64,000 bases of DNA from Nocardioides sp. (lineage in GTDB: Bacteria > Actinomycetota > Actinomycetes > Propionibacteriales > Nocardioidaceae), in the NCBI RefSeq assembly GCF_025965125.1, contig NZ_JAOPXM010000187.1; one strand, given 5' to 3'. The first letter of the stretch is position 1. Each line of letters begins with the position of its first letter. Below are positions 45,401 to 54,035 of the stretch, piece after piece. The notes under the pieces were generated by a model that ran no database searches, had not been told where the DNA came from, and saw nothing but the letters and a program-made list of their open reading frames with translations. Made by a program: the position numbers and the translations under genes.

Positions 45401-47582
45401 CCGCGCGAGCTCGCCGATCGACCAGATCTTCACCGACCTGCACACGACGAGCGGTGACGCCCTCGCCGTCGACGTCCACGGTGTGCCGGGCAGCGTCGAC
45501 GGTGGGCCCAACAGCATCGACGTGCTCTTCGACGGCGCGAACTCCAGGCTTAACTGGGATGCGTCCGGGGAGACCACGAGCATCTCGGCGCAGGCACACC
45601 TGACTCCAGCGACCCTCGGTGGCACGCGTGCCTTCGACGCCGGGCTGACCATCACCGGCATCCCGAGCCACTGGGATGCGACGTGGCTCGACGGCAACGT
45701 GCTCTTCCAGGCGCCCGATGGGATCGGGTCGATCGCGGCGCAGGTCACCAACCACGGCACGTACCACGTGCTGACCGGTGACCACCTCAGCGCGTTCTTC
45801 GACCAGCCGTCCGGCAACCTCGACGCCAGCCTGAAGATCAGCAACCTCACCAAGGCCGGCTTCAGCAAGCTGACCGGTGCCAACGGTGGCGGCTTCGAGG
45901 CAGCGCTGAACATGGGCAACCAGGGCAACTTCAAGTTCGCCGCCGACGTCACCCTGACCGCCACCAAGCTGCTGGCCAGCGGCGAGTTCAATCATCTGCC
46001 GTCTGCGCTCACCCTGCGCAGCGACGGGGGTCGGATCACCTACTCGGGCAACACCAACCCGGACCTGACCATGTCGGTCGCGGCCGGCACGGCGGCGGCC
46101 CTGGCCGCCACCCCCGAGCCGAACGACGTACACGGTGTGTCGGTGCGTGACGGTGCCGCCGGCGGCAACATTGCGGTCAGGGCCAAGCTTCGCCTGACCG
46201 GTCTGCCGACCGGCCTGGACCTGAACTCACCCGCGGGCACCTACACGGTGAGCGGGTACCACCCGACCAATGACACGCTGGTCGTGGACGTCATCCTCAC
46301 GGAGCTTGCGCCCGACCTGTCGCTCCAGGTGCAGCAGGTCGTGCCGACGGCTACCCCGGTCGACTTCACCTTCGGGCCGTTCCTGAGCTCGACGTCCGGC
46401 GACACGCACACTCTCAGCCTCAACTACACGGCGAACCAGGCACTCGGCTCGCTCACGGCCGAGGCGACGTACGGCAATACCGATGACGCGAAGCTCGTGA
46501 TCAGCTCGATCCCGAAGACGGTCGCGGTCAACGCCTCGTTCGGTCCTGCCCAGAAGAGCGTCAACGTCGACATGGACAGTGGCATCTCCGAGATCACGGC
46601 CTCCTACAAGAAGGTCGGTGCTGCCGACTTCGCCGCTTCGGTGAAGCTGGACGACGTGCCGAAGTGGGTCCATCTGCTGCTCGGTCGAGCCACCGGGACC
46701 GATGGCACGACGAACGTCTCGGCGCCGGACTTCACGTTCACAGCCGACGCAGCCGGCCTCGACATCGAGGCAGCCGTGACCGCGGAGATCGCGGACCCGC
46801 TGGACGTCAAGGCGGCAGCGCAGCTCAAGGTGACCAACCTCGGGAAGACCGTGACCGGCGCCCTGAACGGCCGGACCGTCAACATCGCCTCCACACCGGC
46901 GACCGAGAAGTTCCTGCTCACCGCCGCAGGCTCGGTGCAGATCAACGTCGATCTCGGCTTCGATCTGGTGGGTGGGTTCATCCACAACACCGGCTCGCTG
47001 GACATCAACATCGACGTCAAGCAGTTGACGCTCGGGTTCGAGAACGCGTCGACACTCCAGCTGGATCTGGGCGTCACGACCGGCCTCAAGGGTGACTACT
47101 CCTCGTTCACCCTCGGCGAGGACACCAAGACGGTGGCCACGATTCAGGACACGCTCAAGCTGGTCGCGAGCCTCCCCGATCCGTTCCCGAACATCAACTT
47201 CACGGTGTTCAACATCGGGCCGGATTCGATCAACTTCGAGAACGTGATCTCCTCGTTCAGGCTGGCGTCCAACAAGCTGGACGTGGCGTTCTCGCAGAAC
47301 CTCGTGGACATCCTGTGCTGCACCATCGACGCGCAGCTGCTGATGCGGCCGCACGCGGAGAGGACCACCAGCGGGCCGTCGTTCACGGTCGGGCAACCGC
47401 CGTCGGACGGCAACCCGCCGGCTTGGCTGATCACGCCCAACCCGAACGTGCTCGGCCTCTCGCTGCCCGACTTCGTCATAGACGTGGTGGCGTACTTCAC
47501 CAGCCCGTACGGGCACGATCTGAGCGGCAGGCTGCTGTGTGACGTGCCGCTGGCCGATCCGTTCGACTGCACGCCCTTCTAG
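42450..47582 (+). CDS. very large (about 1,710 aa) secreted repeat protein, family unknown
   Basis: Signal peptide MRMKNLVVVVAVLSTGIAAFLSPAAAFA, then an acidic S/T linker. At least 13 degenerate modules begin with [LIV]P-x-x-hydrophobic. Frame is uninterrupted with coding-like composition. Confidence 0.85.
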   Translation: MRMKNLVVVVAVLSTGIAAFLSPAAAFAVPAPEQHGALSSCASAPDKPDATPENRDRFVDLWSPRVADHAWLQQYANRDSVPADIRAEGFHAMDADTQVWLLSCLLDDMLAVAGETPGVAKLNAYLTGLNMIIFGKKQIAELRDQLTEMPPPEDANQLPVHQDMTSAALDNMTQDLVDEPSLTSDDQPESDATAPSTTTTDSSEASTSQELETLSGAPAIVPASSEPVAPRALGPKPTAFNPQSLLAIQPIQILLNAINSLLQLISQIQGQLFTLPGLNILASAFYKICAESPTMPLKCSISLPVGVPIPADVNGDNFPDVTGWLSPLIGGGAVGAKFMVTRLSPGQGKLKAHVFAVYDPPAVKKRIQFGFDGRADTLANRTAATFKLHNVLAALQGDVHVTADVQSYTPGTAQSLTFAIKSLVGGSAGVLPSEEDPMVGSVQMSPVPDSLTVDARLIHTAARDQDIFTVGSSTPTKVNALIDQKSTTTTPKSDRVFTAEVDKLPTSVTVDLVRNGETQTIDYTGSAPIDHVRATDTATPDVNHLGSFTESIYDVHGVPTNVHVNLKGAQDITYTASAKIPEVSFSTRTLVDNVLQQQITAKAHQIPKAVHVTNLTTPDQQAITYDADSELQDVELSMFDLSEAGDKTNLVAKATGIPTHLAFTQTKSTGVYDLSAPGGIDLIEAALTRNDGTLLPLPGDHATVHKVGNTLGLDFRLTGFESAHFDGSENTTVELGLNPGGQSFDAIADLDDPNVLATAHVSQLPTHMAVTLSPTDGTADYAATSVIPLLEAAFTLRDTDTFATVKLTDLPKNIGLTFNTSGPVPAVTYDADSRLGSIEATYQEEPGGLAIHGLISDLPQHMTIGGIDPMVFDARTSASDPAGSSYLGQVLFQYAEDGVFASPPTSDDHIYLDTLSDTHAELQYTGLKLLSVDTSDQELHAEIRNTSPRLLRAYLTTPNLTLTGFIDKVPAQINIDQVDNLVSYRASSPIDQIFTDLHTTSGDALAVDVHGVPGSVDGGPNSIDVLFDGANSRLNWDASGETTSISAQAHLTPATLGGTRAFDAGLTITGIPSHWDATWLDGNVLFQAPDGIGSIAAQVTNHGTYHVLTGDHLSAFFDQPSGNLDASLKISNLTKAGFSKLTGANGGGFEAALNMGNQGNFKFAADVTLTATKLLASGEFNHLPSALTLRSDGGRITYSGNTNPDLTMSVAAGTAAALAATPEPNDVHGVSVRDGAAGGNIAVRAKLRLTGLPTGLDLNSPAGTYTVSGYHPTNDTLVVDVILTELAPDLSLQVQQVVPTATPVDFTFGPFLSSTSGDTHTLSLNYTANQALGSLTAEATYGNTDDAKLVISSIPKTVAVNASFGPAQKSVNVDMDSGISEITASYKKVGAADFAASVKLDDVPKWVHLLLGRATGTDGTTNVSAPDFTFTADAAGLDIEAAVTAEIADPLDVKAAAQLKVTNLGKTVTGALNGRTVNIASTPATEKFLLTAAGSVQINVDLGFDLVGGFIHNTGSLDINIDVKQLTLGFENASTLQLDLGVTTGLKGDYSSFTLGEDTKTVATIQDTLKLVASLPDPFPNINFTVFNIGPDSINFENVISSFRLASNKLDVAFSQNLVDILCCTIDAQLLMRPHAERTTSGPSFTVGQPPSDGNPPAWLITPNPNVLGLSLPDFVIDVVAYFTSPYGHDLSGRLLCDVPLADPFDCTPF

Positions 47583-47590
47583 GGGAAGGA

Positions 47591-48706
47591 CTACCAGACC
47601 GAAAGCTCGGAGAGCAGGCTCTCATCGAGGCCAGCCGGCGACCGGAGGCGTACGAAGCGTGCGTTCGGTCGACCGGCTGGCCTGAGAGCCAGGGTCGGCC
47701 CGGAGCCGGTCGCGACGGTGCGGTACGTCGAGCCGTCCTCCGACACCTCGACGATCAGCTGACCGCTGACGCCACGTGCCACGACGAGATCGACAGGACG
47801 AGACCCGCCGAGGTCGATCACCACGCCCGTGACCACGGCGGCGCCCTTGCCGCTGAGCTGTGCAGGGGTCAACAGGTCTCCGTCAGTGGCGGCACAGGCG
47901 GACATGGTGCGGGTGACCGGGCGAGCCGTTCCCGTCACCGCAGCGCACGGACGGCCGCGCGACGGCGGTCTGCTGGCGGTCCCGTCGACCGGCAGCCTGG
48001 TGGACAGATAGCTGGCCCGGACGTCACCCGTGCCGCTGCCGCCCGCCAGGTCGGTGCCGGCGCTCACCGCGACCGCGCCCGACTGGTCCTCGAGGATGCG
48101 GGGGTCGATCGAGGCCGCGTTGCCGGACGCGGGCTGGGACCAGAACGCCGACTGGCCGTGGGCCTCGAACAGCTCCGCCGTGTACGCCGGGTCGCGGCCG
48201 GCGGCGCGGGGCAGGGGCGACCACGACAACCCGATCTGGCCGGACACGCTGGCTCGGGACCTCCACAGCCTGGCGTCCGGCAGGGTGATCTCGGTGTCCT
48301 TCGCGGTGAAGCTGATCGTGGTGCTGCCCTGAGCGGGCGGACCGGAGAAGACGGCGTTCAGGGTTGCTTCGGTCCCCAACGTGCCCTGGGTGTCGGAGCC
48401 CTTCAGCTCGAACTCGTAGCGGCCGTCGGCATCCGCCGTGGCGATGCTGGCCTTGTCGCAGAGGGCCGGCGGGTCGCGGAGCAGGCAGACGGTCGACAAC
48501 GTTCCGATGGCGAGCACGGTGCCGAGCAGGACTTCGCCGAGGTCGGCCTGCTTGAACAGCAGCACGTGCGCACCCGACAGTGGCCTTCCAGAGGCGTCCA
48601 GCGCCCGGCCGGAGATCCGGATCGGCGCGTCCGGATCCACCGAGCTGAACGTGCAGCCAGTGACCGCCAACGAGAGCACGGCAAGCAGCGCGGAAACCCT
48701 ACGCAT
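47591..48706 (-). CDS. lipoprotein with carboxypeptidase-regulatory-like and C-terminal discoidin (F5/8 type C)-like domains
   Basis: Lipobox 'LSLAVTGCTF'. 'ISGRALDASGRPLSGAHVLLF...ADADGRYEFEL' is CarboxypepD_reg-like. The C-terminal 'LIVEVSEDGSTYRTVA...ARFVRLRS...LSELSVW' is discoidin-like. The start was trimmed to the ATG at 48706. Confidence 0.7.
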   Translation of the reverse strand: MRRVSALLAVLSLAVTGCTFSSVDPDAPIRISGRALDASGRPLSGAHVLLFKQADLGEVLLGTVLAIGTLSTVCLLRDPPALCDKASIATADADGRYEFELKGSDTQGTLGTEATLNAVFSGPPAQGSTTISFTAKDTEITLPDARLWRSRASVSGQIGLSWSPLPRAAGRDPAYTAELFEAHGQSAFWSQPASGNAASIDPRILEDQSGAVAVSAGTDLAGGSGTGDVRASYLSTRLPVDGTASRPPSRGRPCAAVTGTARPVTRTMSACAATDGDLLTPAQLSGKGAAVVTGVVIDLGGSRPVDLVVARGVSGQLIVEVSEDGSTYRTVATGSGPTLALRPAGRPNARFVRLRSPAGLDESLLSELSVW

Positions 48707-48712
48707 GCCAGT

Positions 48713-48718
48713 AACATA
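48713..48718 (-). promoter_or_regulatory. candidate -10 hexamer TATGTT (minus strand), 6 nt upstream of the ATG at 48706 (leaderless geometry)
   Basis: The reverse complement of 48707-48718 is TATGTTACTGGC, followed by ATG. Confidence 0.35.
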
Positions 48719-48749
48719 AACCCACCTGCGTGGAGTATTAGGAGTACAA

Positions 48750-49172
48750 GTGCGCGTTCGCATGGGGATTCTCGCAGTGGCGCTCGCGCTGTCACTGGCT
48801 GCCTGCTCCGACGACTCCAAGTCCGACCCCGACCCGAGCCCGTCGGACGTTGTGTTCACCGAGGTCACCATCGACTGCCCACAGTTCGCGGACGCCGCCA
48901 AGAAGATCACCGACGCTCAGGCGGCGCTCTACGACGGCACCGGCGGCGCTGGTGCGATCGACGACCTGGTCACCGAGCTGAACGCGCTCAAGGAGGGCGC
49001 CCCGGACGACATCAAGGCCGCGCTCACCGACATGGCTGCTGCCTTCCGGGACGCCGCCCAGCTCCTCGAGAACCCGAATCCGGAGAACCAGGCTCAGCTC
49101 GCGGACCTGTCTGCGAAGCTGTCCACCGACAGTCAGAAGATCACCGCCTACATCACGTCGAAGTGCGGCTGA
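48750..49172 (+). CDS. small helical lipoprotein
   Basis: AGGAG lies 5 nt upstream. Lipobox 'LALSLAACSD'. The Ala/Asp/Leu-rich mature part ends in Cys-Gly. Confidence 0.65.
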   Translation: MRVRMGILAVALALSLAACSDDSKSDPDPSPSDVVFTEVTIDCPQFADAAKKITDAQAALYDGTGGAGAIDDLVTELNALKEGAPDDIKAALTDMAAAFRDAAQLLENPNPENQAQLADLSAKLSTDSQKITAYITSKCG

Positions 49173-49367
49173 GCTCTGCACCCTCGGCTGCGCCATCGGC
49201 GGCGGGCCACACGTCTTCGACACCTCCGGACGGCTACGAGGGCGAAGACACGCAGCGAGGCTTGCCAGTCGGCGTCGGCTCGTGCTGTTATCCGCAGTAC
49301 AACACTCGATGCTTGGCGGAATCCGGGGACCACCGGGCGATTTGGTGGTAGTTCCCCGGGAGGTGGC

Positions 49368-52118
49368 GTGGCCCTCTTTGCTCGAGCGAGCGAACTCGAC
49401 GTCATCAACGCACTGCTTGGGCGACCCGGTGCGGGTGGGGCGCTGGTGCTGCGCGGCGAGGCAGGGGTTGGAAAGTCGGCCCTCCTGGACGCAGCGATCT
49501 CAAACGCTCGGCGCTCTGATGTTCGCGTTCTGACCACGGCCGGGGTCTCGTTGCAGATGCAGCAGCCCTTCGCGGCCCTCTCGCACTTGACCCTCCCTCT
49601 TCTGGGCGGCCGCCGCTTGACGGACCACGATCAGGAGACCCGTGAGGTCATCCGTGCTGCGCTCACTGGCGAGGACGCGCCCGCCGATCGACCTTTCAGC
49701 GTGGCCTACGCGGTACTGGAGTTGCTGGCTGCGTGTGCGGCAGAGAGACGCCTGCTCGTGGTCGTCGACGATGCCAGCTGGGTGGACGAAGAGAGCTGGC
49801 GCATTCTCTCCTTCGTTGGGCGCCGCGTCAGCTTCGACGAGATTGGGTTGGTCTTCGCGATGCGCGATGGCCCAGAGGCCGAAGATCGTCTCCGGGGGAG
49901 CCTGCTCCCGACGGTACGGGTCGAGCCGCTGCCCGATGAAGCGGCCGTCGCGCTGCTTCATCATGTAGCGCCAGGGCTTCGCCCGAGCATTCGCGACCTG
50001 ATCTTGGCCGAGGCGGGAGGCAATCCGCTCGGCTTGCTGGAGCTGTCCGATGAGGTCAAGCGGCATGGCGATTCGGTCATGTTGGAAGCCTCCGTCCCTC
50101 TTCCGGCGCGCCTTGTCCAGACCTACGCCGGTCTGGTGTCGGAACTGCCGGACGCCACTGGGTCACTGCTGATGATGGCCGCGTTCAACGACGGCCACAG
50201 TCTCCAGGAAACACTGGATGCCACAGCGCTCGCCTTTGAAGGAGAGGTCACGCTCGAAGATCTCGAGCCCGCGGTGTCCGCCCGCCTCGTTTCGGTCGAT
50301 GACAGATTCGAGCTTCGATTCCGTCACCCGCTGGTCGGGTCGGCGATGCGACAGATCACGAGCCTGGCAGACCATCGTCGTGCGCACTTGGCATTCGCGG
50401 ACCTCCTCCGAGATGACCCGGACCGGAGCGTCGCTCACCAGGCAGCAGCCGCTGTCGGCAAGGATGACGAGCTGGCGCGGGCACTGGCCTCGGCGGCACG
50501 TCGCGCCCGTCGCCGTGGAGCGCTCACGGCTGTCGTCACGACGCTGGAACGCTCTGCTCAGCTGACGATTGATGAGTCTTCCGCGGCGAGCCGTCTGCTG
50601 TGGGCGGCCCTGTCCGCAGCCGAGATCGGTGACGTTGCAACAGTCGAGCGGCTGGTGAACAAGGCCAGTCAAGCGCGACTGACCATGTCCGCTCGAGCGC
50701 GCCTGGCCTGGTTGCAGCAGACCTATCTCCAGGCGCCCTGGTCCGGCTCGATACAGCTTCGGACTCTCCTCGACGTCGTCGACCAGATGCGCAATGCGGG
50801 AGATCTAGGACTTGCACTGGATTCGCTCGTCGTCATGAGCATTCGAGCCTGGTGGTCAAGTGCCGACCCTGAGACACGGGACCTGATCGTTGCGATGGCG
50901 CAAACCCTGGACGAGTCCTTGACCGACGCCCGTGCCGTCTACGTCATTAGCGTGGTCGCACCACTCGAACACGGGTCGTGGGCCCTCGACCGGTTGACGG
51001 AACTGGCCGGTGCCGGCGAGGCGAACCCGGAGCGCCTCCACCTGCTGGCCAGCACCGCCACCTGCCTCGGCGCCGTCGCCCTCTCCAACGTCCTACACGC
51101 TGAAGCGGTCGCGGGCATGCGACGCCGGGGACGGCTGGGCACTCTCACGCGCGTACTGGCAGGTCAGGCTTGGGCCGCCGTGCTCATGGGCGATGCCCGG
51201 GTCGCCCTGACCGCCTCGAGCGAAGCACGTGCGCTCGGCGAGGAGACCGGATACCTGAGCTACGCCTTGGTGGCTGATCTGTCGCGTGCGGCCGCACTGG
51301 CTCTCCGGGGCGAGACCGCGGCAGCGGACGGGGTCGTGGCAGGTTTGGAATCCGTACTCCCCTCAGCCGGTCGCGACGCACTGCTGCCCATGCTGCAGCT
51401 GGCTCGCGGGCTCTCCGCCTTGGCTGCTGGGCGCCCGGATGACGCGTTCGACCAGCTGCTGAGGTCATTCCAACCCGGCGTCGCGTGCCATCCATCGCAA
51501 AAACTGGCAATGCTCTCCCACCTTGCGGAAGCCGCTTCCAAGAGCGGTCAGCTGGCACGCCTCGAGCCCATCCTGGCCGACTTGGCGCCCGTCGCAGCGA
51601 CCACCAGGTCTCCGTCCCTGCTGATGTCAGTCCGATACGCCGAGGCGCTCCTCGCCCAAGCGGATGACGGCGGCGAGACGCTGCGTGTTGTCTTGGAAGC
51701 CGACCTGTCCGGTTGGCCATTCGACCGTGCTCGACTGCAACTCGCCTACGGAACCGCCCTGCGTCACCGGCGCCAACGGCGAGAATCGCGTCCCCACTTG
51801 CGGGCGGCGGCTGAAGGCTTCGAAGCACTGGGCGCCCGACGGTGGGCCGAGTGGGCATGGCACGAGCTGCGGGCATCCGGCGAGACCGTCCAACGAGTCG
51901 AGGACGCCTCGGCCAACCTCAGTCCTCAAGAGCTACAGATCGCGATGATGGCAGCCCAGGGGCGCACCAACCGTGAGATTGCCGCTCAGCTGTTCATCTC
52001 GCCCAGGACCGTCAGCACGCACCTGTACCGCATCTATCCCAAGGTCGGGATCAGCACGAGGGCAGAGCTCCATCGCGTGCTCGCAGACCAGTTCACCGAC
52101 CCACAGTTGCGTCGCTGA
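49368..52118 (+). CDS. LuxR-family transcriptional regulator with N-terminal AAA/NTPase domain (LAL type)
   Basis: Walker A 'GEAGVGKSALLD' and Walker B-like 'LLVVVDDASWVD', then a long helical-repeat middle. C-terminal LuxR HTH 'LSPQELQIAMMAAQGRTNREIAAQLFISPRTVSTHLYRIYPKVG'. Confidence 0.85.
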   Translation: MALFARASELDVINALLGRPGAGGALVLRGEAGVGKSALLDAAISNARRSDVRVLTTAGVSLQMQQPFAALSHLTLPLLGGRRLTDHDQETREVIRAALTGEDAPADRPFSVAYAVLELLAACAAERRLLVVVDDASWVDEESWRILSFVGRRVSFDEIGLVFAMRDGPEAEDRLRGSLLPTVRVEPLPDEAAVALLHHVAPGLRPSIRDLILAEAGGNPLGLLELSDEVKRHGDSVMLEASVPLPARLVQTYAGLVSELPDATGSLLMMAAFNDGHSLQETLDATALAFEGEVTLEDLEPAVSARLVSVDDRFELRFRHPLVGSAMRQITSLADHRRAHLAFADLLRDDPDRSVAHQAAAAVGKDDELARALASAARRARRRGALTAVVTTLERSAQLTIDESSAASRLLWAALSAAEIGDVATVERLVNKASQARLTMSARARLAWLQQTYLQAPWSGSIQLRTLLDVVDQMRNAGDLGLALDSLVVMSIRAWWSSADPETRDLIVAMAQTLDESLTDARAVYVISVVAPLEHGSWALDRLTELAGAGEANPERLHLLASTATCLGAVALSNVLHAEAVAGMRRRGRLGTLTRVLAGQAWAAVLMGDARVALTASSEARALGEETGYLSYALVADLSRAAALALRGETAAADGVVAGLESVLPSAGRDALLPMLQLARGLSALAAGRPDDAFDQLLRSFQPGVACHPSQKLAMLSHLAEAASKSGQLARLEPILADLAPVAATTRSPSLLMSVRYAEALLAQADDGGETLRVVLEADLSGWPFDRARLQLAYGTALRHRRQRRESRPHLRAAAEGFEALGARRWAEWAWHELRASGETVQRVEDASANLSPQELQIAMMAAQGRTNREIAAQLFISPRTVSTHLYRIYPKVGISTRAELHRVLADQFTDPQLRR

Positions 52119-52213
52119 ATACGTCACTCGACGTACGCGAAGCGCACGCCGGTCCTCCTACCGTCGACACGTCCACCATCCGTCGAGCCACCACTGCGGC
52201 TAGGAGGCCCCAG

Positions 52214-53173
52214 ATGACCGACCAGAAGACCCCTGTCCTCGAGCCTGCAGCGCAGGCCTTCGCTGAGGCAACAGCCGGCCCGCCCTTCACTTTCGAGCTA
52301 CCAGCCGACGTCTCACGCAAGGGCCTCGAAGATCTGCAGTCCGGCAACGACCTCAAACTCGATGCCGACATCATCGACCTCACCGTCGACACTGGCCAGA
52401 CCGGAACCGTGAAGATCCGCATCGTCAGACCACCAAACTCCGCCGGGCCGCTGCCCGTGCTGCTCTACACCCATGGGGCCGGGTGGGTGCTGGGAAGCCC
52501 GGACACCCACGAACGGTTGGCTCGCGACCTCGCCGTGGGAGCCAACGTCGCAGTGGTCCTGCCGCACTACGACCGGTCCCCGGAAGTGAAGTACCCGACC
52601 GCGCTCGAACAGTGCTGGGCAGTAGCCGAGTGGATCCGCACTCAGGGGTCCGACCACAACCTCGACCCTTCCTCGATCGTGATTGGTGGCGACTCGTGCG
52701 GCGGGAACATGGCCGCCGCCCTCACCCTGCTCGCGAAACAACGCGGCGGCGTCAACTTCGCAGCCCAGGTACTCTTCTACCCGGTCACGAACGCCAACTT
52801 CGACACCGGCTCGTACCTGCAGTTCCAGGAAGGCTATTTCCTGCGGCGAGACAACATGATGTGGTTCTGGGACCAATACGCTCCCGATCCCGCCCAGCGC
52901 GATGCGATCACGGTCGCCCCGCTGAAAGCGACACTGGACGACTTGGCAGACCTGCCGCCCGCGCTCATCATCAACGGCGAGGCCGACGTGCTGCGCGACG
53001 AAGGAGAGGCCTACGGCGACCAGCTCCGCGCCGCCGGCGTCCCTGTGACCGCAGCTCGCTATGCGGGCATGATCCACGACTTCGTCATGCTCGACACGCT
53101 CCGCACCACCAACGCCGCCGAGGCCGCGATCGCGCAAGCCTGCGCGTTCATCTCGTCCGCAGTCTGGAGGTAG
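52214..53173 (+). CDS. alpha/beta hydrolase, hormone-sensitive-lipase-like esterase
   Basis: 'LLYTHGAGWVLG' is an HGGG-type oxyanion motif and 'IGGDSCGGNMAA' is a GDSxG nucleophile elbow. 'DVLRDEG' and 'HDF' are triad regions. Confidence 0.8.
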   Translation: MTDQKTPVLEPAAQAFAEATAGPPFTFELPADVSRKGLEDLQSGNDLKLDADIIDLTVDTGQTGTVKIRIVRPPNSAGPLPVLLYTHGAGWVLGSPDTHERLARDLAVGANVAVVLPHYDRSPEVKYPTALEQCWAVAEWIRTQGSDHNLDPSSIVIGGDSCGGNMAAALTLLAKQRGGVNFAAQVLFYPVTNANFDTGSYLQFQEGYFLRRDNMMWFWDQYAPDPAQRDAITVAPLKATLDDLADLPPALIINGEADVLRDEGEAYGDQLRAAGVPVTAARYAGMIHDFVMLDTLRTTNAAEAAIAQACAFISSAVWR

Positions 53174-53177
53174 ACCC

Positions 53178-54023
53178 ATGACCGCGCTCACCAAACAAGA
53201 ATCCCGCCAGCTGGCCCAGGCGAATGCTTCCAACCGGACGCCGGTGGTGTTCATCCACGGGCTCTGGCTACTGCCGAGCAGCTGGCAGAGGTGGGCCCAG
53301 GTCTTCGAGGACCACGGCTATGCGGCCTTGGCGCCCGACTGGCCTGACGACCCCGAGACGGTCCAACAAGCCAACGCCAACCCCGATGTCTTCGCCAACA
53401 AGACTGTGGGCCAGGTCGCGGACCACTATGCCGAGGTCATCGACCGTCTGGACCACAAGCCCGCCGTCATCGGGCACTCGTTCGGCGGGCTGCTTGCCCA
53501 GATCCTCGCCGGACGTGGCGCTTCCGCCGCCACCGTAGCCATCGACCCGGCGCCGTTTCGCGGCGTGCTGCCCCTGCCGATCTCCTCGCTGAGGTCCGCG
53601 TCCCCCGTCCTCGGCAATCCGGCCAACCGGCACCGAGCTGTGCCATTGACCTACGAGCAGTTCCGCTATGGCTTCGCCAACGCGGTCCCTGAGGATGAGG
53701 CCAAGGAGCTCTACGACACCTACGCCGTGCCCGCACCGGGGGCCCCGCTGTTCCAAGCCGCAACAGCAAACCTGAATCCATGGACCGAGGTCAAGGTCAA
53801 GACCAAGGCCAGCAACCGCGGCCCGATGTTGATCATCTCCGGCGAGAAGGACCACACCGTCCCGCGAGCGATCTCCCACGCCAGCTACGAGAAGCAGAGG
53901 CGCAACCAGGGCGTCACCGAGTTCGCCCAGATCCTCGGCCGTGGTCACGCACTCACCATCGACCACGGCTGGCGCGAGGTAGCCGACACCGCTCTCAGCT
54001 TCGTCCAACGCTTCGTCAAGTAG
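53178..54023 (+). CDS. alpha/beta hydrolase
   Basis: 'VVFIHGLWLLPSSW', 'IGHSFGGLLAQ' (GxSxG) and 'GRGHAL'. Confidence 0.75.
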   Translation: MTALTKQESRQLAQANASNRTPVVFIHGLWLLPSSWQRWAQVFEDHGYAALAPDWPDDPETVQQANANPDVFANKTVGQVADHYAEVIDRLDHKPAVIGHSFGGLLAQILAGRGASAATVAIDPAPFRGVLPLPISSLRSASPVLGNPANRHRAVPLTYEQFRYGFANAVPEDEAKELYDTYAVPAPGAPLFQAATANLNPWTEVKVKTKASNRGPMLIISGEKDHTVPRAISHASYEKQRRNQGVTEFAQILGRGHALTIDHGWREVADTALSFVQRFVK

Positions 54024-54035
54024 ACGCCTTGATGT

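Noticed and set aside
49173-49367. A direct repeat of the tRNA-Phe 3' end (att site) at the left edge of the lower-GC block.
   Set aside because: GGCGGAATCCGGGGACC (about 49317-49333) only loosely resembles the T-arm GGCGGTTCGACCCCGCC. I found no convincing match of 15 nt or more by eye. The island hypothesis therefore rests on composition and tRNA adjacency only.
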